DNA of 60,129 nt, filler included, from Globobulimina sp. (taxonomy: Eukaryota): the NCBI GenBank assembly GCA_003354225.1. It is 14 parts of 14 records of this genome, joined end to end, with 100 filler letters (N's around TTAATTAATTAA, not from the genome) between each part and the next. Parts side by side here need not be neighbours in the genome. Positions count along the whole stretch, not along the records: positions 8,616 to 12,820 come from PIVH01001472.1; positions 12,921 to 17,125 come from PIVH01001473.1; positions 17,226 to 21,429 come from PIVH01001474.1; 11 more parts are not named here. One strand, given 5' to 3'. The notes under the pieces are model-generated. The model was not told the DNA's origin, made no database searches, and worked only from the letters and a program-made list of their open reading frames with translations. The position numbers and the translations under genes were made by a program. Each line of letters opens with the position of its first letter. Positions within the stretch are counted from its first letter, which is position 1. Of the stretch, positions 11,601 through 21,529 are shown piece by piece.

Positions 11601-12191
11601 AGATTGTCTCGTTTTTTATTCGAAGCGAGCAGGATTTTTGGTTGAGAAGGAAAAGCCAGGTTTATTGGATTCCGGTGCTAAACCGGCGGATTTGTATCTA
11701 TTTAATTATTTAAAAGGTCAAGATTATGCATTTGATGTGACTGTGGTGTCACCGTATAAATTAAATCAGTTAGCTGATACTATCCGGTTTACCGGTATTT
11801 CAGCTGACATTGCTATCCGTAATAAGTATAAGAAATATGAAGAGGATATTAAATCAGTTCATTGGAAATTTCAACCGATTGCTTTCGAAAGAAGTGGGGG
11901 GTGGAGTTTACCCGCCCAACTATTTGTGAAACGAATTGCGAAACAATATGGATCTAAATTTAATATTAATTCAAATATTATTACCAATATTATAACATCG
12001 GAGATTAGTTGTATTCTTCTTAAAAACACAGCTTATATGATTACGAAACGTAAAGTTGATAATGGTCCTTCATTTTTATAAAATATAATCTATTTTTAGC
12101 TTTTGTGAGTATTTGTTTTTTGTTTTGTTTTCTTTTTTGTTTTGTCTTGTTATTATTTTTAAGTTCAGCTCACAATATTTCTTCTAAAAAA
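8616..12191 (+). mobile_element. CRE-like retrotransposon copy including a short T-rich 3' UTR and A6 tail
   Basis: The ORF above is followed by about 100 nt of T-rich sequence and CTAAAAAA, after which unrelated coding sequence begins. Confidence 0.8.
8617..12081 (+). CDS. CRE-clade non-LTR retrotransposon ORF (Zn fingers, reverse transcriptase, CCHC, restriction-like endonuclease), 5' partial
   Basis: N-terminal CPIIGC...HLTKYH and CRIC..HPGC; RT motifs RPIAAGD, VDIKNAYNS, QGDTL, FADD, LLGAYIG; CVDC-x7-HCINC; THNKIRD; RLE KPADL..AFDVTV..K..KY, PIAFERSGGW. The frame is open to the contig start. Confidence 0.93.
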   Translation, partial: DLVFNPIIQRNLWNQSQFGPGLLQFQCNQNYLNTNYNADPDDSKDFVMETSQPFIPSESLVVSQCENADIKIDDISAEYNDHFIINNNRTVYICPIIGCDKHRTSAHLSSFVDYWTNSYIANKRPVRFYGFIKKSELKAHLTKYHLLANPSSIPPKYLIKYSYNICRICSKFCRRSTDAHPGCIQKETDFIIPADKLESFESASLDIIQALQPKLLFNIPSSCTTLFTELLSEIIESAANPNTNQAHFFKLYHAFTKLILIKPPKRSGRRRYMQRAKMCKIRLKMFRDQKYDLLWTHLLQHMDTLAEMSQKRLKRGKVMQPIANQLFMRQRRAVNYVREGDLSRAAAALTTNGMAPLTDAIRQQLVDKHPAQHRPDLTIFNTENLPEIELISGEIYKTCLKQQRLGGSGPSLLRPYHIRQCARSFSGRKLALSIAKFGRCLFSGNFPLYLGRYFAASSLYPLWKDSTLTGARPIAAGDVLDRVIGRTVMRDKRMEWRDLLEPEQLCLSERGTEKCIFACKHAIAANKDNKDWIMVAVDIKNAYNSGDRQIKLIATQKYAPELLNFEILKYNDSIPLYLSDGTVIQSQAGGKQGDTLAGFNHGLYDKLIVDPIRSKPKYNNLLNVAFADDRNFGANTKTAASFYRETREALGNAGSEYGSVKCFIFMHPDNPYIDNTVTEPDEEKAEKLRHYKIREMFGDSDISIHYGFNMKLLGAYIGEDEYVKERVGEKVKELQFLMDQAAALEDTQAAVLLLSNCFDACRLNHIIRTTHPLIIINALKDFDFSLKESFERIFGRTFTDFEFMEFCLGIKEGGHGVRTIEDISYAAYLGSYAQTIPYLQTIGNKIDCDLFSNNIYNDFVALKQLFCEKYNVDPLKLSDNSLFNQEILSDYIKDYRLAQYESTLSTAINKSRHSTAKAANSGAWIRAKPTRSATILSPIIYKFATYSRYGWKIFDWNVDERNCVDCDAEMDAYGTHCINCGSRDGIFTYTHNKIRDCLVFYSKRAGFLVEKEKPGLLDSGAKPADLYLFNYLKGQDYAFDVTVVSPYKLNQLADTIRFTGISADIAIRNKYKKYEEDIKSVHWKFQPIAFERSGGWSLPAQLFVKRIAKQYGSKFNINSNIITNIITSEISCILLKNTAYMITKRKVDNGPSFL

Positions 12192-12820
12192 TTTGGAAGA
12201 TAAATAATGAATCTGTCAATTTAAATGCATTTAAAAATATTGAAACATTAGAAATTGGTCTGAAAGAATTCAATGATTTATCAATATCAAATAAGTCGAC
12301 ATGGTCTAATAATCACTCATTACGCACATTGGCATTAAATAATGTGACTGGCAATGAAGATGATATAATATCATTTATTAATTGTCAACATTTAATCAAT
12401 TATCGTAATGTTACAACTTTAACACTTAGTGGTTTAAAATCGCAATTAATTTATAATATAGCTTCGAAATTTACACAACTTCAAGATTTAACACTTGACC
12501 GCATCCAATTCGATAACAATTCAAACTTAAATAATTCAATTGATATTATAAATTCTAAAAATAAAATAAAAAAATTGTTTATGAATATAAAAACCCTATA
12601 TTTATCTGAGGCAAATACCGATTTTGTGAGTGATATTATTGAAGCATCACATAATGAATTAGAATCTTTATATCTTTGTGACATCGATGTTCAAGCAATT
12701 CCTTCAAATACTGCATTTCCTAAATTACAATCATTGGAATTCCTCGATACACCAAATGTGGATATATTAAAGAACTCTCAAACTCTAAAATGTGTTACAC
12801 TTTGGTCTTATAAGGAAGAT
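12188..12820 (+). CDS. Leucine-rich-repeat protein (F-box/LRR-type), partial at both ends
   Basis: LxxLxL repeats IETLEI, LRTLAL, VTTLTL, LQDLTL, IKTLYL, LESLYL, LQSLEF. The frame is open from 12188 with no ATG before the repeats. Confidence 0.65.
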
Positions 12821-12921
12821 NNNNNNNNNNNNNNNNNNNNNNNNNNNNNNNNNNNNNNNNNNNNTTAATTAATTAANNNNNNNNNNNNNNNNNNNNNNNN
12901 NNNNNNNNNNNNNNNNNNNNA

Positions 12922-15900
12922 CCCATCGATGGCACTCTTATAATAGATTACATTTGTGATTTATTAATATTACTCGATTTACTTTTCAATTCCTTTTATT
13001 TCCATATAGTTCGCACCACAAATATAGGCCATAATGATTATATTCGTAAACCAAATGAAATATTTTATCATTATACCACTAGCTCGATTTTCAAATATGA
13101 CATTTTGTCACTATTTCCCTTTGAAATATTGATATTATTTCTAAACTCTCCGACATTTTTTATATTATTCCGATTAAATAAATTATTCCGATTAGCACAT
13201 CTGACCACTTACTCGAATCAAATTGAAAAATTAGTCAACAAACTTTTCAAAACAACACTGCAATCTGCCTCGTACAGATTGATATATTTAATAATATGTT
13301 TCATAATTACCGTCCATTGGTTTACCTGCATTTGGTTCACCATTGGCGAGTATGAATTAATTACAAATAACAATGGATGGATGGTCCACGATACACCAAT
13401 CCCAACCACATTTGCTCGTAAATATGCACGATCATATTATTGGGCGACAATTACTTTAGTTACGACGGGTTATGGCGATATTCATCCAAAAACACGCTGT
13501 GAAACCATATATTTATTTTTCGTGATGATGGTGGCTGTCTCGTTATGCACAGCTATTATTGCATCATTTGCATCGATTTTCGCCAATGGCAATATTGCTT
13601 TATGGGAACATGAACAAAGAATGGAAGTTATTCAACAATATATGCAATGGAAGCATTTACCGCAGCAAATACAACAAACTGTTGCTGATTATTTCCATTA
13701 TTTATGGTATACAAACGACGGAATTCAAGAAAAAACTATTTTAAATAAAATACCCTGGCATTTACGTAAAGATATTATGATTTTTATGGAAGGCGAAGCA
13801 TTAAACAGATGCTCCTTATTTCGAACAATGGACAGTAATTTTATTGCGTCATTATCCATGTTACTAACCCCAGTTTTATTGAGTCCGGGCCATTATGTAT
13901 ATCGTCGCGGACAATCTGCAGATTCAATGTGGTTATTATACAGAGGCAAATGCGAGAAATTAGATGAACGAGGAAGAGCAAAACAAGTATTAGAAGATAA
14001 CTCCTTTTTTGGTGAAACTGCATTATTAGGCCATCAATATAGAGAGGAATCTGTTCGCACCATAACATTTACTCATTTGTACGTGTTAAAAAAAGAAGAA
14101 TTCCAATCATTGTTAAAAGTTATGACCAATAAAGACAAGGAAAAAGAAATAAAAGTAATTGAAAATCCGAGAGCGAGTACATTACAAAGTACACGGAAAT
14201 CATTATTAAGGCAATCCTTTTCGCCCGTTCATAAGTTATTTGATTCTGTTAAATTAAGCTCTGAAAACCTTGTAGCAGACAAAGAAAGTGAGGATGGCAG
14301 AGACAGTAACCGCGCTAGTCCTGAGTCTGAATATGACAAAATATTGGCTCAGATGAAGAAATCTTATGAATCTGATTTAAAAATGAAAACAAAAGTAAGT
14401 AAATTCTTTGGATCAATGGATGAAGCACCACCACAAAAGCCACGATGTTCTGCTTCCTCTTTGTGTCAAAAAATGAAATGTATTGATTTAAAGAAAATAT
14501 TCCATCCCAAATCATCATTTATGAAATTTTGGAAATTCATTCATTTTTTTATTGTATTTTATTCATTTGTTGTATATCCGTATCGGTCCGCATTTTCTAT
14601 CAATATTTATAGACATTGGAGTGTGCAAAATAAGGCATTTACAGATTGGTTGATTGTAGATATTTTAACCGACATATTTTGGTTTTTAGATTTTTATTTA
14701 CGGTGTCAACATTTTGGACATAATGTATCTCGCGGATCACTTAAATATGTCGTATATAATCCAAGTGAAATATTATTAAAATACAAGGAAAATAATAAAA
14801 TGAAATACGACTTAATATCAATAATCCCCTATGAATATATTTTGTGTTTTTCTGGTTTAGTGCCAATGCAATTTTTTAGTGTCATTCGTTGTAAGATTTT
14901 AATAAAATGGTGGTCATATTTAGACGAATGGAGGGAATTATTATTAGATACATTTGAAGACATCTTATCATTGAATGCGTTGCGTTTAGTTATATTATTT
15001 ATGAAAATTGTATTATTTGGTCATATCGTTGCATGTATTTGGTATTTTATTGGGTTTTCATCAAATGAATTGTTGTCAGTCGATAGAGACGTCACCGATT
15101 TTAAGGTCTGGTTCGATTTTGATGAATTACATTTTGCGACGCAATTTCGACGATATATCCGATCCTTATATTGGTCATTTATTACGATTACAACAACGGG
15201 CTATGGTGACATTAGAGGCTATACAGTGACAGAATCATTGTATACGGGAACCTGTGTATTTTTAGGTGGCATGGTTTATTATGGTGCGGTTGGTCAAATA
15301 TCATCTTTAATTACGAAAATGTCGTGGATGGAACGAAATTTTTTCCAACGCAAAGATGATTTAGAAACATTTATGAAAATTAAGAAATTGCCATTAAATA
15401 TTACTCAGAGAGTACGCAATTATTACTCATATATGTGGGACAGACAGAGAGGCTTCGAAGAATCTGCGATCTTGAATGAATTCCCGCGTTCATTGCAAGG
15501 AGAAGTTACAAAAGCGTTAAATCAGGAAATTGTGTCTTGTATACCGCTATTTGCTGGCTGTGATGAGTCAGTCATAAAAGAGATAACTTCGGTTTTAGAA
15601 TATCGTGTACATATTCCTGGCGATAATATTGTATCACCCAATGAAATGGCGACGGAAATGTTTATTATTAATAGAGGATGGGCTGAAATATTTGATGCTG
15701 ATGGATTGCTGTCGTTAGGTTTATTATCTGATGGCTGCTGGTATGGCCACACTGATTTTATAACGCAGGAAAGGAGACATTGCTATATTCGCGCAATCAC
15801 ATTTTGTGATATTTCTGTCTTATCAGTTGATGATTTATGTGCTGTAATGACACATTTCCCGTCCTCTGAAAAGATAATATTAGAGAATGTAAAAAATCAG

Positions 15901-17125
15901 AAAGTAAATTATGAAAATAAAATGGAATCATTGAATAAAAATTTAAGTTCGGATAAAATCGAGGAATTTTTAGGTACTCGCAATAAATCATTATTTGTAT
16001 CAAGCACATCCAAATCAAAAAACATTATACATCCACACTCATCTAAACGCACAGTATGGACCGGGATTGTTTTGTGTTTGATGCTATTCAATACACTGGA
16101 AATACCGTTATTTATTGCCTTTGTACCATCATCGGTTGGCGTAACTATTCATTTTATGGCAACACTATTTTTGCATATATTTGCCGATGGCGTTGGTATA
16201 GCAAATATTTTGTTAAATTATTATCGATTTGGATTTGAAGAAGAAGGTCAAATTATTGTGGATCCAGATTTAATAAAAGAAAGGTTTTGGAGAAATAACG
16301 ACAACAAATATGATTTAATTGCTTTTTTACCGATAGATTATATTTTATTATTTACTGGCGTTCCATTACAAATAATCGCATTTATTCGTTGTTTACGGTT
16401 AATTTCTTTGTCGCAGTTTTCAAAATTCACTAATTGGCTACAAATAAAAATACAAGAATCAAATGTTGCAATTTCGACCAATTTATTTTATTTTATACAA
16501 TTATTTGTCTTATTGGGCTTAATTGCTCATTGGTGCGGTTTATTGTTTTTTATCATTACCAAATTACTCGACGACAATGGATTGGAAAATGGCTACGAAA
16601 AATCATGGATTGAGAAAGATTTGGATGGCAATTTATATGCTTTTCATCCCGTGGTACAATATCTGCGCTCATTTTATTGGGCATTATCAACGATGACAGT
16701 GGTATGTTTTGGTGATGTTACTCCACAAAAAGATATCTCAACAATCTATGTGACCATTGTGGTGATAATGTGCTTTTTTATGGTTGGTAATGTTATTGGA
16801 AATATCGGTGACTTATTGGGTCGTATTGACGCAGCATCTGCAGAATTAAAAACCCGCACAGATCAATTTGATGTATTTGCATCATCGCATAATTTGCCAG
16901 ATTTTTTAAATCAAAGAGTTAAATTGTATTTAAATGAATTATATCAAGCCAAAAAAGGTATAAATACAGCAAAAATTATGAAGGATTTCCCAGATACACT
17001 TAAAAACCAGGTAATGATGCACTTATTCACGCCGTTATTATTAAACACGCCATATTTTAATTTTATTGAACGGAATCTAATCGAAAAACTCTCACAATAT
17101 TTGGAATATGAATTGTATGTTGAAC
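12922..17125 (+). CDS. Multi-repeat cyclic-nucleotide-binding-domain K+ channel (at least 3 concatenated 6TM-pore-C-linker units), partial at both ends
   Basis: One uninterrupted frame spans the whole contig. Pores TTGYGD (13462), TTGYGD (15193) and VVCFGD (16699) are each followed by a C-linker; CNBDs follow repeats 1 and 2. Confidence 0.92.
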
Positions 17126-17225
17126 NNNNNNNNNNNNNNNNNNNNNNNNNNNNNNNNNNNNNNNNNNNNTTAATTAATTAANNNNNNNNNNNNNNNNNNN
17201 NNNNNNNNNNNNNNNNNNNNNNNNN

Positions 17226-17344
17226 TTGCGACATTTTCTAAAAGTTAAGCAATAATGGAATCTGAGAAAGTGAAACAAAACATCATCCATTTAACATATG
17301 GATATGTTAGAAATGAATTTGAAGCACGGGATGCCTCTGTTATG
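17226..17344 (+). repeat. 119-bp exact terminal direct repeat of contig 5 (second copy 21311-21429)
   Basis: The contig starts and ends with the identical sequence ttgcgacattttctaaaag...gcctctgttatg. Confidence 0.97.
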
Positions 17345-17848
17345 TCGAAGGTTGTCATGAATTTATGTATTCAATATTTATTTCAAACATTACAAGATGA
17401 AGCGATTCAAATTTTTGAGGAAACAAATACTGTCTTACAAATCAAACATGGATACCGTTTGAGGATACCGTTTGTGGTTTACTCAAATCAAACATGTACA
17501 TTTTTGAAAAATGAAAATGCAGCAGATTTAAAAGGAAAAGGTAAAGATATTATAATATTTGAAGGAAACAAGATGATGAAAAAATTTGGTCCCGTTTATG
17601 CAGGAACATCAGCTGGTGATTTCAATATGATTCCATTACAAGAAAAACCAGGATGGCCCAAAGGTTGGTTTGTTACCGGATGGTGTCCAAATATGTTTAC
17701 TTTTGTTAGTAAAACATATGAAATGTCAGATGGCAATATGTTTACTGTTGGTTTATTTGGTCGAGCCAAGCGAAATAAAGATGGTAATTCTTGTCAACCC
17801 GTGTATTGGAATGATACTCAGAAGGAAGGATTTATTGACTCGCAGTAG
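17255..17848 (+). CDS. Hypothetical protein with an N-terminal GYVR module and a globular C-terminal domain
   Basis: 197-aa ATG-to-stop ORF with normal protein composition. Confidence 0.7.
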   Translation: MESEKVKQNIIHLTYGYVRNEFEARDASVMSKVVMNLCIQYLFQTLQDEAIQIFEETNTVLQIKHGYRLRIPFVVYSNQTCTFLKNENAADLKGKGKDIIIFEGNKMMKKFGPVYAGTSAGDFNMIPLQEKPGWPKGWFVTGWCPNMFTFVSKTYEMSDGNMFTVGLFGRAKRNKDGNSCQPVYWNDTQKEGFIDSQ

Positions 17849-17963
17849 CGTATGGAATTGAAATCAAACAACTTTATTATAACAGATGAGCGTTTTCTTA
17901 AAAAATTTGTTCGTGCTATAAATCCGATAGCTATAAATCCGATAATTTTGAGAACAATGCTAG

Positions 17964-19238
17964 TTATAAGAACAATGGATAATAAGTGATAATCATTTGC
18001 TTTACACCCATAGGAACGATCATATTTTGTTTGCGCTCAAACATATTGCCAGCATACATATGTATCAGTTTTTGATAATATTGCTTGTAAGAGACAATTA
18101 ATTGTGATGGCATCAACTCTAACAACGACATTTTAACATGAAACGCCATGTACCCACAATAAATATAATGAACATAATTATCATCTGTTTTTGTAGCATC
18201 TTCTGCATATTTTAAAGGATATAATTTTGCACATTTTATCCATTCATTCCTCAATAAATCCAGACACCAAATATCTTTTTTTTCATTGGATCGAAAATAA
18301 AACACAAATATAACATGTTTAAATGCCACCGTTGAGGTAAAATCATTTGATTGATGTGGCAATGGATTTTGATATAAATTCCAAATATCCCTATTTGGAT
18401 TATATTTGTCACACAAAGCAAAGGTCCAAATACTGTCTGAACTTCCACACATTCCAAAAGTATCCATATCAATGCCTCCCAATATCATTAATTTTTGTTG
18501 AAACGGAACATAAATCAAATCAAAATGCTTCAAATGTTCGTTATATTTATCGTTAAATGAATGCAATGAAAGTAGACGTTTGTTCTTCAAATGATATACA
18601 AAATGGCATGCAATCCGATTGCTATCTATTCCAAATAAATGTATTTGTTCAAAGGGTGATGGAACATAAATCATTTTAGTTTGAGATAAGCGGGGCAAAT
18701 CCCGCAAATTTGTTATATTCCAACTCTTCTGAATCAAATCATAAATAATAAATAACCTTTCTATATTACAATAAATGTATATATGCGCAGATTCATTGTT
18801 TATTGCACTGCAATGCGATCTGAAATGGATATTTGGCGGATATTTAATAGTCTCATAGGTATCATTGGCATTGTTGTATTGGAGAATATGTTTTGTTTTA
18901 TTATCCATGCCATTATGCAATAGCGTTTCTGGATTGTTCATGATGATTAGAATATGTCCATTTGTTGCTGTAGATTTATAATACATTGGTCTTGAATTTG
19001 TTTCATTCATTGTTTGATGTATTACTGATGGTTTGCTTAAATGTATTACATTGATAGTATGTGTATGTAAAGGGGATAACTTGTTGTTTGTTTTTGTGAA
19101 CCACTTATCATGGTATTCATAATGTATCTTGATTTCTGACGGACACGTGTTTGTCACAGTGGCTGTCTTCCATATACCAGAAGCAACCTCAACATCTAAT
19201 TTGTCTCCAACTTGCAGCTTATTTAACCACTCAGTCAT
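17964..19238 (-). CDS. Protein with Tudor/chromo-barrel-like N-terminus and kelch-like beta-propeller
   Basis: N-terminal LQVGDKLDV..W..ATV..IKIHYE..DKW; kelch-like IHLFG, LMILGG...DSIW, DIWCLDLLRNEW. Confidence 0.7.
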   Translation of the reverse strand: MTEWLNKLQVGDKLDVEVASGIWKTATVTNTCPSEIKIHYEYHDKWFTKTNNKLSPLHTHTINVIHLSKPSVIHQTMNETNSRPMYYKSTATNGHILIIMNNPETLLHNGMDNKTKHILQYNNANDTYETIKYPPNIHFRSHCSAINNESAHIYIYCNIERLFIIYDLIQKSWNITNLRDLPRLSQTKMIYVPSPFEQIHLFGIDSNRIACHFVYHLKNKRLLSLHSFNDKYNEHLKHFDLIYVPFQQKLMILGGIDMDTFGMCGSSDSIWTFALCDKYNPNRDIWNLYQNPLPHQSNDFTSTVAFKHVIFVFYFRSNEKKDIWCLDLLRNEWIKCAKLYPLKYAEDATKTDDNYVHYIYCGYMAFHVKMSLLELMPSQLIVSYKQYYQKLIHMYAGNMFERKQNMIVPMGVKQMIITYYPLFL

Positions 19239-19263
19239 TGAAAGAAAAAAGTTTACAAAAGAT

Positions 19264-20138
19264 CTATTTTAAGCTGTTTTTAATTAAATTGTTAATGAAG
19301 TATTCAAATTTGTTCATAAAAAGACAAATCGGTGGTAATCGATTCAAATTATTATACGAAGGCTTTTTTATATCCAAATGTGTCTGGCAAATTCCATAAA
19401 TTGCTTCATTGTCCAATACAACTGAGATCTCTGTGTGGTCCAATAACCAATGAGTTGCTAATAATGCATTGTATGGTTCAACAACACATGTTGATATTAT
19501 TGGTGATGGATATACTTCAAATCCACACTAAATACACAATATTATGCATGCAGTGCATTTAAAGTGAATATAATATTTTTTAACTTTTGATTTCTTTCTG
19601 TAATCCACAGCAATGCGTTCCAAGATCAATGCTCCCAAACCGCTGCCAGTCCCACCACCAACAGAATGATTGAAAACAAAGCCTTGAACATTATCACAGT
19701 TATCCACCAACTTTCGTATGCGATCATTGACTTTGTCGATCATCTCTTTACCGACGGTGTAATGTCCACGGGCAAAATTGTTGGCTGCGTCTTCTTTGCC
19801 AGAGAGTAAGAATTCATTGTTGTAGATTTCTTTGAGTTTGCTGCTTTTTATATCATCGATTACATTTGATTCGAGGTCTACCTGTCATGCATATTTAATA
19901 TTATTTGTTTTTGTTTCTATCCAAACATGTATCATACCATTAGGTTGCGAGGGACGTATTTCCCAGCATTTGTTTCATCGAAAAATGTGCAAAATGCTCT
20001 GTCAAACCGGTAATGAGAATAGTTAACTATGGTACCTTGGCTGTTTATATTGTGCTCGCCACAATATTGGTCCCACACACAATTTCCTAGTTGAACCCCA
20101 CATTGACCAATAGAAACTGATAATACTTCTCGTGGCAT
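19264..20138 (-). pseudogene. Alpha-tubulin of Retaria alpha2 type, truncated after about residue 230; introns 19937-19882 and 19584-19528
   Basis: [68 protein letters not shown]. Homology stops after NLNRL at 19336 and the frame runs on to a stop at 19264. Confidence 0.9.
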
Positions 20139-20339
20139 ATTTACGTACACTCAAATCAGAACCTCAGTCCTCAGTACATTTTTTGGTTGATTGCATCAAA
20201 AAAGGTCAAAGTTTGAAAAACCTAGTTGGTAATATTTATCATATTTAGTTATGCAATACAGTATGTATAAATTAATCGATTGCATTCAAACAATGCATTT
20301 TGCAGTTTCTTCTGCACCTTTAAAAGCTAGCGCCGGATT

Positions 20340-21009
20340 TTATGTAACAACATAAATAACAGCACCAACTCCAACAATTAAAGCCACAACACCAGCAATT
20401 TTGGCAATTCCTATAACAACATTCCATAAACTCTGTTGTCTTCCAATTCTCTGTAAATGTACGTATGTCAGTTCTTACACATATGCAGTATGTACTGGTT
20501 AAGTAGAAGTAACACCTTTTGATATGCCATTGGAACTTTTGGATTTTTTCTTAAATTTCTATAACGTCGATTCATTTGCTCTGCATCCTTTCGAATACGA
20601 TTCAAGCTGCTTTTCCTTCGTCGTCTCATATTCCTATCAATGTCACAAATAGCCCTAACATCACCACTCGCATTTTTGTCGTTCTGTATTGATTTATCAC
20701 GATTCAAATCCTTCAATAAATTGCTTTGATTATATAACGCCGTCTGTGCACCTCTGAGAGTTATGTGACATTTTTAATATAAAAGTTACAAAACGCAACA
20801 TTTTAATATATATATACATACAACTCGGCCACAGAAGCCATTGATCGTTGGGCTAACAACTGTGCTGTTTTATATGCTTCGCTTACTTCCTGTGGCATTT
20901 CTGCATTCATGACAGCATTCGCCATTAAACCGTTAACAGCATTAACTGTCATTGCTGTTGTTGCATTGAGATTTGTTGCGGCCCGATCCGCTGCCTGTGA
21001 TGGTGCCAT
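20340..21009 (-). CDS. Small spliced protein with C-terminal TM helix (tail-anchored-like)
   Basis: ORF pieces 21009-20803 and 20716-20468 are separated by AT-rich GT-AG introns; the last exon encodes VVIGIAKIAGVVALIVGVGAVIYVVT*. Confidence 0.5.
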
Positions 21010-21529
21010 TGTGTTTGAATATGCATTTAAACTATCTTTTATTTGATCTAACCCCTACGTATAGAATTAGATTAATAATTGTAATGATCAAAAAAAAACA
21101 CCTACTTCATTCATTTGTGGCTGACATTTTTTCCACTGTTTTATTTCTTTTGTTTGGTTGTGTGTGAGATCCAATACATTAGATTCAAAACCACCGATTT
21201 TTGCTATCTGGGATTTGCCCATATTACGCTTGTAATTACCACGGAATGCGATTCTTTTCGGGAGTGCCATGTCAGACAAAAAGCTTTAAGTTAAGCAAAA
21301 ATAATAAATATTGCGACATTTTCTAAAAGTTAAGCAATAATGGAATCTGAGAAAGTGAAACAAAACATCATCCATTTAACATATGGATATGTTAGAAATG
21401 AATTTGAAGCACGGGATGCCTCTGTTATGNNNNNNNNNNNNNNNNNNNNNNNNNNNNNNNNNNNNNNNNNNNNTTAATTAATTAANNNNNNNNNNNNNNN
21501 NNNNNNNNNNNNNNNNNNNNNNNNNNNNN

